From assembly GCF_009914755.1 (NCBI RefSeq), contig NC_060945.1: a stretch of DNA of 64,000 bases; one strand, given 5' to 3'. Under the pieces are notes generated by a model. The model was given only the letters and a program-made list of their open reading frames with translations. It did no database searches and was not told the DNA's origin. Source of the DNA: the human T2T-CHM13v2.0 reference genome, Homo sapiens. Positions 44,446 through 58,779 of the stretch are shown piece by piece. Numbering within the stretch: position 1 is the first letter of the stretch; the number at the start of each line of letters is the position of its first letter. The position numbers and the translations under genes were made by a program.

Positions 44446-45029
44446 CCCTAATTGGTATTAAAGCCACTGCCTATGTCCTATTTCCTGATTCCCCTCTATT
44501 CATTTGAGTAACATGATTGTCTGTAACCTAAGACTGTTGGTCAAATTTGATGCTTACTAAGATCACTCAGTTTTTTTATGAGTCCTGTTTGACAATTATT
44601 CCCTTTGTTTTAGCTCCTAGGAGCTGCCTCTATAGCTTTTGTCCCAGAATAAGAAGTTAAATGAAACAGACCCACAGTTGACACTTAGCCTGAAGGACAG
44701 AAAAAACTAGCCAGAAATTTGTATGTAACATAACAAATAAATAAATATTTATTATTAGAGACTGAGATTTAGGATTTCATTTATTACCCCAATGAAGGTG
44801 ACTAGTATGGCAGGATATGTTTGAAGAGGATCCTCTTTTTAAGCAATTTATACGCAGGGTTGCATTTGTAGTTTAAAAGCTCAAAAGGCGCCATTTTGTC
44901 TGAAAAAGTAGAACCTGAGAAGGATAATGACAGAATCTATAGAATCACAAAGATTATGTAACAAAAATTGCTAAGGGGTGGCATGATGGTCATTCCTTTC
45001 ATAAAAGTATTCCTGAATTATCTAATAGC

Positions 45030-45132
45030 ATTTTTTTTACATTTTAATTTGTTAAACTTTGTGAGTACATAATAGGTGTATATATTTATGGGGTACATGA
45101 GATGTTTTGAGATAGTCATGCAATGTGACAAT
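45030..45132 (-). mobile_element. Very short L1MA 3' terminus, antisense
   Basis: gtacataataggtgtatatatttatggggtacatgagat is the reverse complement of the L1MA 3' end at ~44385-44425. Confidence 0.75.
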
Positions 45133-46091
45133 TTAATAACTTCTTGATAACTATGGATTCTGTGGTTCAGAAAACTCTCTAATCTTTTCTACATAGTTCC
45201 ATGTTCTTTCTTTATCATTATGTTTCAATTAGCCATAATATTTCCCACAGCCATAATATAGATATTAAAATGCGGCAGAGGTATGGTAAAGAATAGCAAA
45301 ACCTCAGTACCCCCGCAACACACACATTAAAGCTTTATCAGCAATTATTACTATCTAGGAGTGGGATTTAGGCTTATTTTTAAAATAAATATTCTGTCAG
45401 TTTCCTTTAAAGAAATACAAATATGTTCTGCAAGTGAATAATAAAACTGCTTTACTTTTAGGCAAAATTTATTTTTCTTCTGATGAACTGGTTTTGATGG
45501 ATAAGTTGCAGTATTAAAAAATGGAGTTGACATGTGAAAAGAAAGTATTGCACAATTCATTACAGGAGTCAATTTCTAGTCTTTCTGTGTCAATTCAGAT
45601 ATCAGAAGTCATGTTCTTAACCTAGACTATCTCTAAGGAAGTTATAAAAACTGAGATTATGATAAATAACACTAGAATACGCTACTGAAAAATGATTTCT
45701 AAGTAGTGCAATCAATATCCATTTATAGACACACAAAACTGTAGCCCATAGGATTCAAAAATGTACTGCAAGCAATTTAAAATAAAGCAATTTCATTACT
45801 GGAAGACAGCAGAAAGCTTCTTAGGGAAAATTCTAAGATTTTGTTGGTTTATTTAAATTTTAGATTTTAGTAAAACCACTAATATATCACAATCTCCTGC
45901 CCATTTTGTTTTTAAGGACTCAAAGCAGGTAATTCACAAAGATTGCAATAAAGCACAAACCCAGAGCCATTAAAATGGAAAGTGTCTATTTATGCTAATC
46001 TTTTCCTCCAATATTCACCAAAAATGCAGGTTGCTGTATATTCTTTATTAAGGCTATATAATGAAACTTTTTCTACATCTAAATGACACTT

Positions 46092-46240
46092 TTCTAGGAA
46101 TATATATATGTGTATATATATACATATATATATTCTAGGAATATATATATACACATATATATTCTAGGAATATATATATACACATATATATTCTAGGAAT
46201 ATATATATACACATATATATTCTAGGAATATATGTATATA
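46092..46240. repeat. 29-bp AT-rich minisatellite (TTCTAGGAATATATATATACACATATATA), 5 core copies
   Basis: TTCTAGGAA starts at 46092, 46133, 46162, 46191 and 46220. Confidence 0.95.
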
Positions 46241-47429
46241 GAAAGTTATTTAAGTGACAATAGTTCAGAGGTACTTGTCAGACATACTTTCATCAGATAA
46301 ATTCTACATGGAAAGGCAGGGGATTGAATGGGAATTTTAATGTACATATCCTTTCTGGGTAACATTAAATTTATCTCCTCTACTGACTTTCTTAATAAGA
46401 TGATTTACATATCTGTTGCTTTTCTGTTGGTACTTTCTGGATATTTGTCATTGCAAGTCTGTTAAATCACTTGCAATGGCCTCTGACTGAATGTGGTGCA
46501 TGAATCCTAGATGCTATTTTCGCAACTTAATTTATTGCTCTCTTTTCTTTGTCTGGTTTCTTTCTAAATACCCTTCAAAATCTAGCTAAAGCATCACAAT
46601 TTTCAGGTAGCCTTTCCAGAATGATTAGTGTGACCAAAAAAATGCTCCTTCATATTCTAATAGTAACCTATTCTTAACATATAACACAGCTAACTAGTGA
46701 TAATCAGAAGTCTACTGGTGATTTTTCTTCATTAAACTTTAATTAGAAAAAAACTCCGAGATATTTAAATTATCATTTTTTCAGGGAAAAATAAACTATG
46801 ATATTTGAAAATAGTCACCAAATTAAATATTACAGTAATAAAGCTAATCTCTGTGAAGAGATAATGGCATTCTGCTTCTATCCAAGAAAGAGTAACAGGA
46901 AATGGATTTATGCTCCTGCCCTAAATCAATATAAAAAATATATCATAAGAGTTTTCAAGACATTAGTTACCAGCAAACTTAGCATAGTGATCTTGAGAGA
47001 CAGGAAACAAATGAATGGAACCTTATGATTATTCTGTGTTCCTGCCTTGATAGTTTCCAGGGTATTGTGAAGAATGAAAATCTAAGACAGAACTTAGAGG
47101 ATGTCTTGAGTTTGGGACACAGAGCTAAAATACCAGACAGACTGTAACCCCTACAGTTCATAGTGCTGAGTACTGTAGAGAACAGAGAGAGAGAAAAGGA
47201 GAAGGAGAATGAATACTGGAGATCTGAAGAGAGTCACCCTATATTATTCAGGAAAGTACGATAATGAGAAAAATACTCAACTCAAGGCTAGGATCAGGGA
47301 GGGAGAGAAAATATCTGACAGGTTACAGAGAATAGTACTCAGAACTCACGCAGAACAGGGAATAGTATGTTTCCATCAACCACATTGAACGCATAATTCA
47401 CGGATCACTGGATAGAACATTCAGTATTC

Positions 47430-48345
47430 ATTAGTGAAAAAACTGGTGACATTTGAGTAAAGTCTGTGGTTTTGTCAACATCATTGTATCAATAGTATTT
47501 TTTTAATTTTAATAAATGTACCATGATTGTATAAGATGTTAATATTAGTGAAAGTTGAGGGAAAGGTACTTGGAAAGACCCTGTTCTATTGTGTTTTTGA
47601 GTTTTTTTATAAAGTTAAAATTATTTCAAAATAATTTGAAAACAAGAGTCACATCACTATATATGATATTCAAATGGCTAATAAACGTGCTCATGTACTT
47701 ATTTTTATTAGTAATTATGGAAACGGAATCTAGTACTACTACATCTTCAGTGGAATAGCTAAAATAGAAATAAATAATAATAATGGAAATCCAAAAAAAA
47801 GAAAATGGGCAATACCAAATGGAGGCTAGAATGTAGAACAACTAGAACTCTTGTAACACGATTATTTGGAGTACAAACTGGCACAATTGTTTTGGAAAAG
47901 TTGCCTGTAATTATCTACCAAATTTGAACGCATTCACATACTATAAATTATTAAATCAAGTTGTAGGTGTACACACAACTTAATATATAGCATACATATT
48001 GTTTACAATAATGTTCACATATGCACCAAAATTATAAGAAAGTATACTCATGTTGCACTCATACTCAAGCAAATACATAATTTTATATTCAATTTTGATA
48101 AACAGGCAAGTCAACTCTATCAGGATAGAGTTGACAAATCAACACAAGTCAGGATAGTAACTACTGTGGGCAAGAGAGTAAGGGTAAATTGAAAAGGAGA
48201 AGGAAGGGGCATCTAGCAGATGGTAATGTTCCAATCTGCAAACTGTGTGGTAGTTACATGGATGTGTTAACCTCATGACAAGTTAACAGGCTATTCACTT
48301 TTCTGCACTTCTCTCTATAGACAAAAAGTTAAAAGGTACTTAATA
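47430..48345 (+). mobile_element. Old L1M 3' ends (L1MC/MD-like then L1ME3-like)
   Basis: aaatgtaccatgattgtataagatgttaatatt; gtacaaactggcacaattgttttggaaa; aagtcaggatagtaac. Confidence 0.6.
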
Positions 48346-48994
48346 AAAAACAAGTTTCTAAATTAGTCTCATCTTCAGTTCTTTCTTTCTTGGCTTGTTT
48401 TTTTACACCCCAGAACATCAATGTACTACTTAAAAATGAATGAATATATTTGAATCATTATAAGAGTAAATATTAGTACCTGCTAAGAAATCATTTCTAA
48501 AACTTACTGGTCAGAATGATTCTATCTGGTTTTATATAGATATCTCATCTTGTTAATTCCCTCCTGTACCTTAAAAAATGCTAACCTATACTTTAAATAC
48601 ACTTGCCCATCAAACTGTATCCACAAAAATTAATGCTAATGAGTAAAATCAAAGTGGAAGCAGAGGGTATCCATTCAGGATTCATCAGAATTATGCTTTT
48701 GTTTACAAATCTAATGTCTGATTTCTGTAAGACCGTATCTCTGACTTGTTATTGACAAAGATTTTAGCACTAACATTTTTATACCTGCAGCAAAAAACAA
48801 TTTGTCTTGTAGGCAAATGATACCTCTATTTCAGTTTTCTTCGAATTCTTCCATGAAAACATCTTGTCTTTAATTTATAAGATTTAGCAAAGACTACCTC
48901 CCTGGGAATTAAAAAACAAGCAAGAAACAAGCTGTCAGAGAAATTTTACTCCATTCTGCTGATGACTGTGTTTGGAATGTAATTATCACACAGT

Positions 48995-49207
48995 CAGTGG
49001 TGGGTCCAGGTTCCGTGAAGACTGAAGCTTACATAGTTTTTTGGGACGTCTTCAAGAAAAAAAAAGGGAGAGTGCAAATACATCTTATGAATGAAAATTT
49101 TATTGAAACATAGGATGATGTGAATACATTGTTAGGGCCCCTTCTTTGGGATCAGTATAAGTGAAAGAAAAATTGTTTCTTTTTCTTCATGGTAAGTCCA
49201 GTCCTTA
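48995..49207. mobile_element. Arthur1/MER69-like hAT-Tip100 element
   Basis: Termini cagtggtgggtccaggtt...ctgaagcttac and gtgaatacattgttagggcccc...ttcatggtaagtccagtcct. Confidence 0.55.
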
Positions 49208-52200
49208 ATGGTATCTCTGGTTCTATGGATAGAACCAGGAGATAATCACATAAAGCAGATGTCAAAAAGAAGAGACACCTCTAGGGGAAGAGCAAGCAAT
49301 GTAAATAAATGAAATGGGGTGTGTTTAAAGAAATTATAGTGCAAGGGTTATTACAAATGGCAACTTGCAACCTCATTCTCATGGAAGAGATAATAGGGGA
49401 TGATGTAACTATGCCACTCTGCCTTGCATGATGGAAAACAGCCAAATTTCAAATCCACTCAACTTCTTACACATAGTTGACTGTTGTTCACTCTTCCCTT
49501 ATTGAACAAATCAAAAGAAATCTGTATTTTCATTATAAATATCCCATTTTAAAAAATTAGCATTGAATTTAAACTATTGAGTATCTCCCTTTGAATATAG
49601 AACCTGGGATTTTCCCCAAGCCTTATATACACAAATGTAAATAGAACTAGTGAAACATGGCCCTAAAACTAACCCCGGCCATAGGTTGAGGCTAAAGATA
49701 AGTAGTGAGCTGGCCCTGAACGTTTTACCTTGTTTGTAATGATTTAAATTAGAAGATACTCCTTTCCCCACCAAAATAGGGGACTTGTTGAGACTTGGAT
49801 ACATATCTTAGATTTAGGGAATTCTGATGAGATGGAAAAAATTCAGTGGATTGACAAAACAATTAGGTCTGTAGTATGTTTGGCCTAAGCTCTCCTCATC
49901 TTTGTTAGTTTTCCCGGAAATGGATTCAAAGATACTAAGTGGGTTATAAATGCCACTGTCTTTATCAGAAGATTGCTTGAATGACTAGGAATCCATGGAA
50001 AGACCACCTGAGGAGCCTAATGCTGTGCCTCATGTTTAATGGGCCAAGCTGTATCTGTACCGTCATTTTAAATGGAAATATACAAAGTTAAGAAAGAAAA
50101 GCAGCAACAGTGTTTACGACATACTTCACAGGTGATGTTTGTTCAGGGGTAAAAAATAGGGTAAGTGTAGGCAGATGGATTCCAAAGAAATCAAAAGCTT
50201 GTTTAAATGCAAATGTTCCCAGGAAGAAGAAGCATTTAGAGAAGAAATGATATATAAATAAAGTTCCTCTCAGCAGAATGTTTTCTTGCTCACGTTTACA
50301 AGAGGCAACCTCAGGTGTCTAATGGAGATATAAGGAAGAACTAAAAGTGGATACCTTTGTGAAAGGAGTTTTGGTGCCTCTAAAAGCCTGCTGTCTGAGA
50401 TACTTTATTTAGCTACGGAACTGAATGTGCAACCAAATTACAATCTTTCTTCTCTTTCAATTTTGTACACTGATCTTGACTTCAGGATTAGTTGACACTT
50501 CAAGAAATAAAAGTGCAATTTAGCCTTCCTTTTAATCTCCACTTAACTTCTGTGATAACAAGCAACTGCTTAGCAAGGTAATTAATGGGAAATTATGCTT
50601 TTTTATTGGCAACTTGGGATGTACTTCTGAAGAGCAAGACAGGAAGCACTGAATCATAATGTGGTACTAATTATTTTCTATCTCAGCTATTTTGGTCATA
50701 GCACCAATATGAGTCGGTAATCTGAAAGATGGGGAAGAGAATATCTCTTGGCCCACCAAGAGGACTTATTTGAGGGGGGAGAAGAATAAGTTAAATGTCT
50801 CCTATGTTTGAAGATACATGATCAAACACAAATCTCTTATTTTTTACATGTGGCATCATTATTACACACGACATACATTTGTTAGATCATTTAATCCCAC
50901 AGAATACAGTGTGACAATTGCTTAAGAAAAAAAAGAGATGAAATCTTCATACCTCACTCAGACTTTTCAGCAGTGGATTAAATGAATATTTAGCAAAGCA
51001 AGTTAGCAGTTTGCAAATGTGCAATTAAAATCCTGGCTCTTCTCTAATTATGTAACACAAGTTAAATGGTCTTAATAGACATATAATGATAGCTTTATAA
51101 ACCTATAGTTACTTATAATCAAATGTAATTTCTATTTCGGTTTTAAAGCACCCATTAAATGTCTATTATGATTTTTAAGTAATTTGGCAGACATTTAATG
51201 AATACTTTACAAACCTAAATAGTAATTATTTCAAGAGACAACTGTTAACATATAGGAGTAACAGCTATTCATTTGAACACATGGTTTAAAACTAATTACT
51301 GAGCTATTTATGCAATACCCAGTGGATTTACAACAAAAAGAAAATCATAATTTTATTGTAATCTTATCTCTTAAAATAGAAACAATTTTTTTCTAATTTT
51401 GTGCTGGGTTCTGTGACATAACCTGTCATCTTCCAAAAATGTAACACTGGTAAGTCAAATCTTTTCAGAATACCATGAATACTCCAGAAAATTAATTTTG
51501 TTCTGGGCAGAGAAAAAATGTATTTTATGCATTAATTTACTGTTATATTTTGGGTATGTTGCTAGGAGACTTAAATGAATAAAATTCAATGTAGACAGGT
51601 TCTTTCTTATTGCAAGTTGTAGGTGATGAACCTGTTTTCAATCTCTCAGCATAATGCTACAAATATTATCAAAAGACCACTATTTCTCACTATTTATAAA
51701 ACAGGTATAGGTTGGCAACATCTTTTCACACCTAAAATGCTTAAAATTCTTTAACATGACAGAATTTTATGTTACAGTACAGCCACTAAACTTTTCTCAT
51801 GAAACAGAAATTATTATTTTTGGCCCATGCAGCAGTTTTGAGCATTATAGGAGGACTTTACTGCCTATTTCATGGGTGATTCACATTAATTTGTAAAATT
51901 AAAATTGCTTTATTGTTTCTGTGAGATATAGGTATTTTAAGTCTGAATTTCCAACTCTGGTTGACGTAATTACACAAATTAGATAATTATTTGAAGGTGA
52001 GAAAGAAGTTTTCATACCAATGTGTATTAATATGTATTATATTTAAATTATCATTATAGTATTATGGAGAGTTAATTTCATAATTTAGTTTTTTTCATAT
52101 ACACTCTGTCTCAGCATTGTGGTCATTTGTGATTTTTCATATCCTAACCTGTCTTTCCTTTTTTGACAAGAAAAAATAATGCAATCATTCTCTCTCTCTA

Positions 52201-52597
52201 CTAGCTTTACTTATTTATCATATAGGTATATGTAGCATCCATAAAATAATACATGTGTGAGTCTATTATATATAAACAAAATAATTCATACAGAATTCTC
52301 ATTACATAAATATGTGTTTGATTTACTAACACCATTAATAACAGAACAGGCAACGTGCTTTCCTGAGTCTTTTCTTGAGACTCGACTGTTGGTCTTTTTC
52401 CATGTTCACGCACTAACATGGCCAAGCTCAGTTCTCTACTCAGTCAGAATGGCTAATGAAAGATGACTCTGTTTCTCTCTAAGATCCAGTCTAGATATAG
52501 CCATATTTAAAGAGGGTTCTCACTCCTGATTTATTCTAGTTCATCTTGGACAACAATTTAGTCTTAGAGAAGAGGGAAAAAATGCATCTCTATCTCA

Positions 52598-53026
52598 AGA
52601 ACATGTATATCTTCTTATTCTTATGAAATATACTAGATAGAAAAAAAAGAGAAATACAAAATAAAAACAGGAGTCCTAAAATTTGGATAGCCCAACCCCC
52701 TTTCGCAAATTCAATGGTATCTATAAAATTCATGCTGGGTTACAAATAAAATATAGTTAAATGAGTTATAACTTTATTTAAATCCATATACAAATAATAT
52801 TATAAACTAGAACATTTATATCTTCTTATTCTTATGAAATGTACTAGATAATAAAAAAGATAAATAAGAAATACAAATAGGAGTCCTAAAATCCTAAAAT
52901 TTGGATAGCACAACCTCTACTCACAAACTCAATGACATCTATAAAATTCATGCTGGGTTACATATAAAACATAGTTAAATGAGTTATAACTTTGTGTAAA
53001 TCCATATACAAATAATGTTATAAACT
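52598..53026 (+). repeat. Two-copy tandem duplication (211 bp + 218 bp)
   Basis: Unit 1 52598-52808 and unit 2 52809-53026 align end to end with scattered substitutions and indels. Confidence 0.95.
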
Positions 53027-53149
53027 AATACAGTGTGATGTTTAGAAAAAGCTAACCATTAAGTCTCTATTTATACTGCCTATGCCTTATGATGTTATAC
53101 ATTAATACAATTTTTAAAATAACAAGTAGTCATTTGTATACATGTGCTA

Positions 53150-54120
53150 GAAACTCAGCAGAGAGGTCTGTACTACATACACTGTGCATCAGTCTGCCAA
53201 GGATTGGCATGTAGATAGTGATGCCATATAGTGATGTGAGATCAAAAAGAGGTTGCATAGCTAAAGAAAAGAAGAATATCAAAGATAGAGTTCTATAATA
53301 TCCAACACCAAAAGTTCAGGAAATTAGGACAAGCAAGCATATGAGACTGGACAGATGTCAGAGGGGTAGGGAAAAACCAGGCAAAAATAGATGACTGGAA
53401 TCCAAATAAAGCCATTCTTCCAAAAAGCAGGAGATATTTAAACATGTTATATCCTATTGGTAGATCAGCTTAAAGATTAAGTATTAATCATTAGATTTAA
53501 CACTGGGAAATTAATTGGTAAACTGATAAAAGGAATACCAAAGTGCTACAATGAAAGATTGATGAAGTGGGCTGAAGAGACAAAAAAAAATAAAAAGAGT
53601 AAAAAATTAGTATAAGCTACTTTTAGTATTCCAAGGCATGCTCTTGTAAAGGGAAGTTAACAAAACCCAATCAATCAAACAAGCAGACAAAAACGGGGCT
53701 GTAGATGAAGACAGAATTGAAATTAAGAGAGCTTTTATTATAGGATGCAGATACAATGACACATTTATGTACTGATGGTAAGATCCAGGAGAGAGGGAAA
53801 ATTTGAAGATGCTTTAGAAAGAGGAATAAAACATCAAAGCCAAATTTTTATAGGTACAGCAAAGGGATGTAGTGCACAAAAATGAAAGTGAGTTGGTAGC
53901 TAGGAGTTTCATAGCTTATCCGCATGAACAAGCAAGCAAGGAGTTGGGCATGGTCTCAGGCGCTGGGTACATGTGGTAGTGGATCCTAAAGTTCTCTTGT
54001 GATTGATCCAATTTTCTTAGCAACATGGGAAGTGAGATCATTGGGTGATGTAAAGATAACTGTGGTAGTTCTGAATATTTGTGGAAAAAGGAAGTTTAAA
54101 ATAGCTTTCTAGGAGAGTGG
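53150..54120 (-). mobile_element. Degraded L2, antisense
   Basis: Purine-rich sequence with cattagatttaacactgggaaattaattggtaaactga, resembling antisense L2. Confidence 0.45.
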
Positions 54121-54151
54121 AATGAAAAATTCATTGAAATGTGTAATTTAA

Positions 54152-54470
<319 letters not shown>

Positions 54471-54840
54471 GTGTAATTTAATTTCTAAGTAATAATGATG
54501 ACCAACTGTTCTGAAATTAACAATCACACATTTAAATTGAGAGCAATCAGCATGTGGTGTTTTGCTCCAATAACATTTACTTGCACATGCACATGAAAAA
54601 AGTAGTCAAAGAGTTGAATATTAAAGTGAGAAACTTATCAGATTTCTAAGGTAATGCCCAAAGTTTTCTGTGTGTATGCACATGTGCACGGGCAGGCATG
54701 TGTTTTGGTTGGCCTTCATCCACTGTAAAGCTTTATGTTGTGAAAATTTTCATATATTTTATAATAAGATATTCTGGAAGAAAAATGATGGTAGCTTAGT
54801 TTTGAATTTTCCTGCTTCTCTTCTAAAATTTATAGGGGGA

Positions 54841-55258
54841 TGTATTAGTGTCCTAAGACTATCGTAACACGGTATCACAACCTGAATAGTTTAAGCAACA
54901 GAAATTCACTGTCTCACTGTTCAGGATGTTAGATGTCTAAGATCAGGTCTCAGCAGTGTTGATTTCTTCTGAGGGCTCTGAGGGAAGAATCTGTTTCAGG
55001 CCTTATGCCTGGGCTTTTAGATGGCCATCTTCACCGTGTACTCCTTCACATGGAGATGTGTGTATGTGTGTGTGTGTGTGTGTTTCTCCAAGTTTCCCCC
55101 TTTTCAGTCATATTAAATCAGGGCAGAACTTATGATCTCATTTTAACTTGATTACCTCTGTAAGACCCTATCTCCAAATAAGGTCAGTTTCTGAGGTACT
55201 GAGGATTATGACTCCAACATATGAATTTCGCCGATGGCACACAATTCAATCCATAACA
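54841..55258 (-). mobile_element. MLT1B-like MaLR LTR with internal (TG)n
   Basis: tgtattagt...aagcaacagaaatt...ccctatctccaaataaggtca...acacaattcaatccataaca. Confidence 0.85.
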
Positions 55259-55975
55259 GGCAAAGTGTTGCATTGCTATGACACAAAGAGACAAGGAGGG
55301 AAGAGAACTTAGAAATCACCTAATAAAATGCGCTCCCAGGAAGAAGATGGCATCATATAGCGTAGGAACCAACGTGCTCAAAGCTGAGCTGGAACAATGC
55401 ATCAGTCAAAGAGTAGACAAACAGAAATGCAGGGTGTGGAAGAGGGAGGAGGAGAAGACAAAAATTTAAAAAAACAGAACTCTAAAATGCCACCATAGTA
55501 AGTGTATTAAAATAAAAATTTAAAGCCTCTAACTATGGTAGAATAACCAGATGTGAACTTGTCTGTTTGCCTTACAAAAATAGGAAACAGGATAAAACGT
55601 AGAACTAATAAATTGTCAGATATTTTACCATAAGCAGCACAGAACTATGAACTCTAAGAGAAGAGAGAAAATTGATGTAAGTTCGGTTATTACTCTGACT
55701 TTCTGTCTGAAGGGATTTTCTTGAACTTGATGCAGAGAGGTATCCAAAGCACAGCATGACAATCTCCTTGATATGAGGAGATAGAGATAGAATTTCAGAC
55801 AGGTGGGTTTGGCTGGAAAATTGCAGAGCATGTATTAGAAAGAAGTATGATGTACAGACAATGGCTTTTATCTGCTTCAATCTGTTGCACAATGTAAACC
55901 ACACATGCCGTGGATGAACATCTAGTAATAGTGTATAGAAAATCAAAGATAACTATGTTCACAGATTTCTCATTA

Positions 55976-56345
<370 letters not shown>

Positions 56346-56869
56346 GAAACTATGCCAGGCAGTAGACAATAAAATATCTTTGAAGTAGGAAGGAAAAATA
56401 ACCATCAATCTAGAATTTTATATAGAGTAAAATATCTACAACAAATCAAGGTAAAACTGATACTTTTCCCAACAACAAAAGTTAGAGGAATTTATCACTA
56501 ACTAAATTGAACTAGATGAACTATTACAGTTTTTAAGCAAGGAAGCTGTTATTTGATGGAAGCTAAGGTATACATAATCAAACAATGATTACCAATGTAG
56601 AAGTTTCCTTTCATTTTCTGAAACCGTTTTTGGGACATAACACGCTGCTTATACTGTGTGTTTATATGGTACAGTATTATGTTAAAATAAACTAATAACA
56701 TAAGGATATATATTGTGAACACAAAACAACCATAAAAATAGTTATAGTTGATTAACAGTATTTAAAATGAAATACAAAAATAATAAAAGACTGACAAAGA
56801 GCAAGTAAAAAGCAACAACAAAAATAGATGGAATAAGTAATAAGCAAGGACAAAAAAAAAGAACTATTG

Positions 56870-57396
56870 TTCCTTCTTTCTTTTCCTTTCCTTCTGTGTC
56901 ACTTTCAGCATAGGTAGTTAAATAATGCAGTAAAGTAACAGAGAAAATAAATTATGTAATAGGGTTCCATGGTTGTTTGTGTTTATTGGAAAGTCACTGC
57001 TTGTTTGCAATTGAATTGAGTTCTGGTTTTGAATGGAAAGTGTAGCCTCTTGGAGTTGTCAACCTTGCTCACTCATTTATAGACATAAAATGCTTATCTT
57101 GTACTCAGAGTCTTGCTGAACTTTCAAGCACTGTGGGTCCACAAGAATTCTGCGTTCACGTGGCATCACAAACGCTGTATGTGAATAGAACAGTAAGAAA
57201 CTGAACATGTATATCACAGACATCTCTGCTCACACTTGTACTCAAGTGTCCCATCATACTGCACTTTTAAAACACAGAGGTAAAATTATTTAAAAATTTA
57301 AGGCAGTAATAAGAGAGTGTTAAATCAAAAACAGGGCACTTCTGAGCATGAAATCTTGTATGACTGTACAAGGTACAGTGCATGAAGCTGGCCCTA
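56870..57396. mobile_element. MER45B/Zaphod-like hAT-Tip100 fragment
   Basis: Terminus aaaattatttaaaaatttaagg...gggcacttctgagca...catgaagctggccct resembles the MER45 end. Confidence 0.6.
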
Positions 57397-57648
57397 CATG
57401 AACAAAACGAATTATTTCCTTCTAAGTTCTAGAACAAAGTAGAGATATCCAGTCTAACCACTGAAATTCAATATTGCATCAACATTCTTGCCAATGCAAT
57501 ATGAGAAAGATAAAAATTAATACAACACATGCCATTAGTAATAACGTTAAAAACATGAACACAGGAATAAACTTAGCATAATGTATGCCATACCTGTTTA
57601 CTGAAATCTTCAAAACTTTGCTGAGAAAAATAAAACAAGATCGAAATA

Positions 57649-57728
57649 TTAAGATTGGTGTGAAAGTAATTGCAGTTTTTACGATTGAAAGTAACGCAAA
57701 AACTGCAATTACTTTTGCACTAACCTAA
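57649..57728. mobile_element. MADE1 (Hsmar1-derived MITE), ~80-bp palindrome
   Basis: Long terminal inverted repeats ttggtgtgaaagtaattgcagttttt / aaaaactgcaattacttttgcactaacctaa; TA TSDs. Confidence 0.92.
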
Positions 57729-58400
57729 TATATTGCAATGTATAATGTGATTACAGATTGGAAGGCTTAATGTTGTTATGATAGTATCTCTCCCCAAATT
57801 GATCTATATGTTCAATGCATATTTAAAAAACAATTGTAGCAAAGTTCTTTGTAGAAATTGTTAAGCTAATTCTAAATTTTATATGGAAATCCAAAGGACA
57901 TATTATATACAAAATGATTTCTAGGAAGAAGAACAAAATTAGATGAGCAGCACCTTTTTCTTCCAAGACTCCCTATATACTCCTTTTAGGCACCAGTCAT
58001 AGAGGTAGTATGGCTGAGGTTTACAACTGGATGTATAGATAATGGAACAGAATAGAAAATCCAGAAACATGTCATTTTTTATGTGCTTAAATTTTTGAAA
58101 GTATTTCCATGGTTATTCAATGAGAAAAATTATAGTCTTTTAAACAATTTTATCCCAGAGGGAATGTAAGTATATTTAAAGACAAAAAAGAAACCTTAAC
58201 TTATAACATGTCTGCACATGCTCATATACAAGAGGTATACAAGAATAGATGGAAGAGGAGTAAGATAAAAATACCAATTAAGGCCTTTGGACTAACAAGT
58301 GATGGAGTCTTTTTTTCCTGCCACTAACACTTTTCGTATAACTTTTTCCCCTAGAAATTGTAACTAGCCACAATTTGAAAATTAGAGATTGACAGTGAAG

Positions 58401-58779
58401 TGTATTAGTCAGTTTTCATACTGCTGATAAAGACATACCCAAGACTGTGTACTTTATAAAAAAGAAGAGGTTTAATGGACTCACAGTTCCAGGTGGCTAG
58501 GGAGGACTCACGAACATGGAGAAGGCTAAAGGCACGTCTTACATGGTGGCAGACAAGAGAGAATGTAGACAGACAAGTCTACATTGTCTTGGCAGACAAG
58601 TGAAAGAGGAAATAAATCATCAGATCTCGTGAGACTTATTCACTAACAGGAGAACAGTATAGGAGAAACCATCTCCATGATTCAATTATCTGCCATGAGT
58701 CCCTCCCACAACACGTGAGAATTATGGGAGCTACAATTCAAGATGAGATTTGGGTGGGGATGCAGTCAAACCATATTAG
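58401..58779 (-). mobile_element. THE1 LTR (THE1B/C-like)
   Basis: tgtattagtc...ctgctgataaagacataccc...gagatttgggtgggga...aaaccatatta. Confidence 0.9.
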
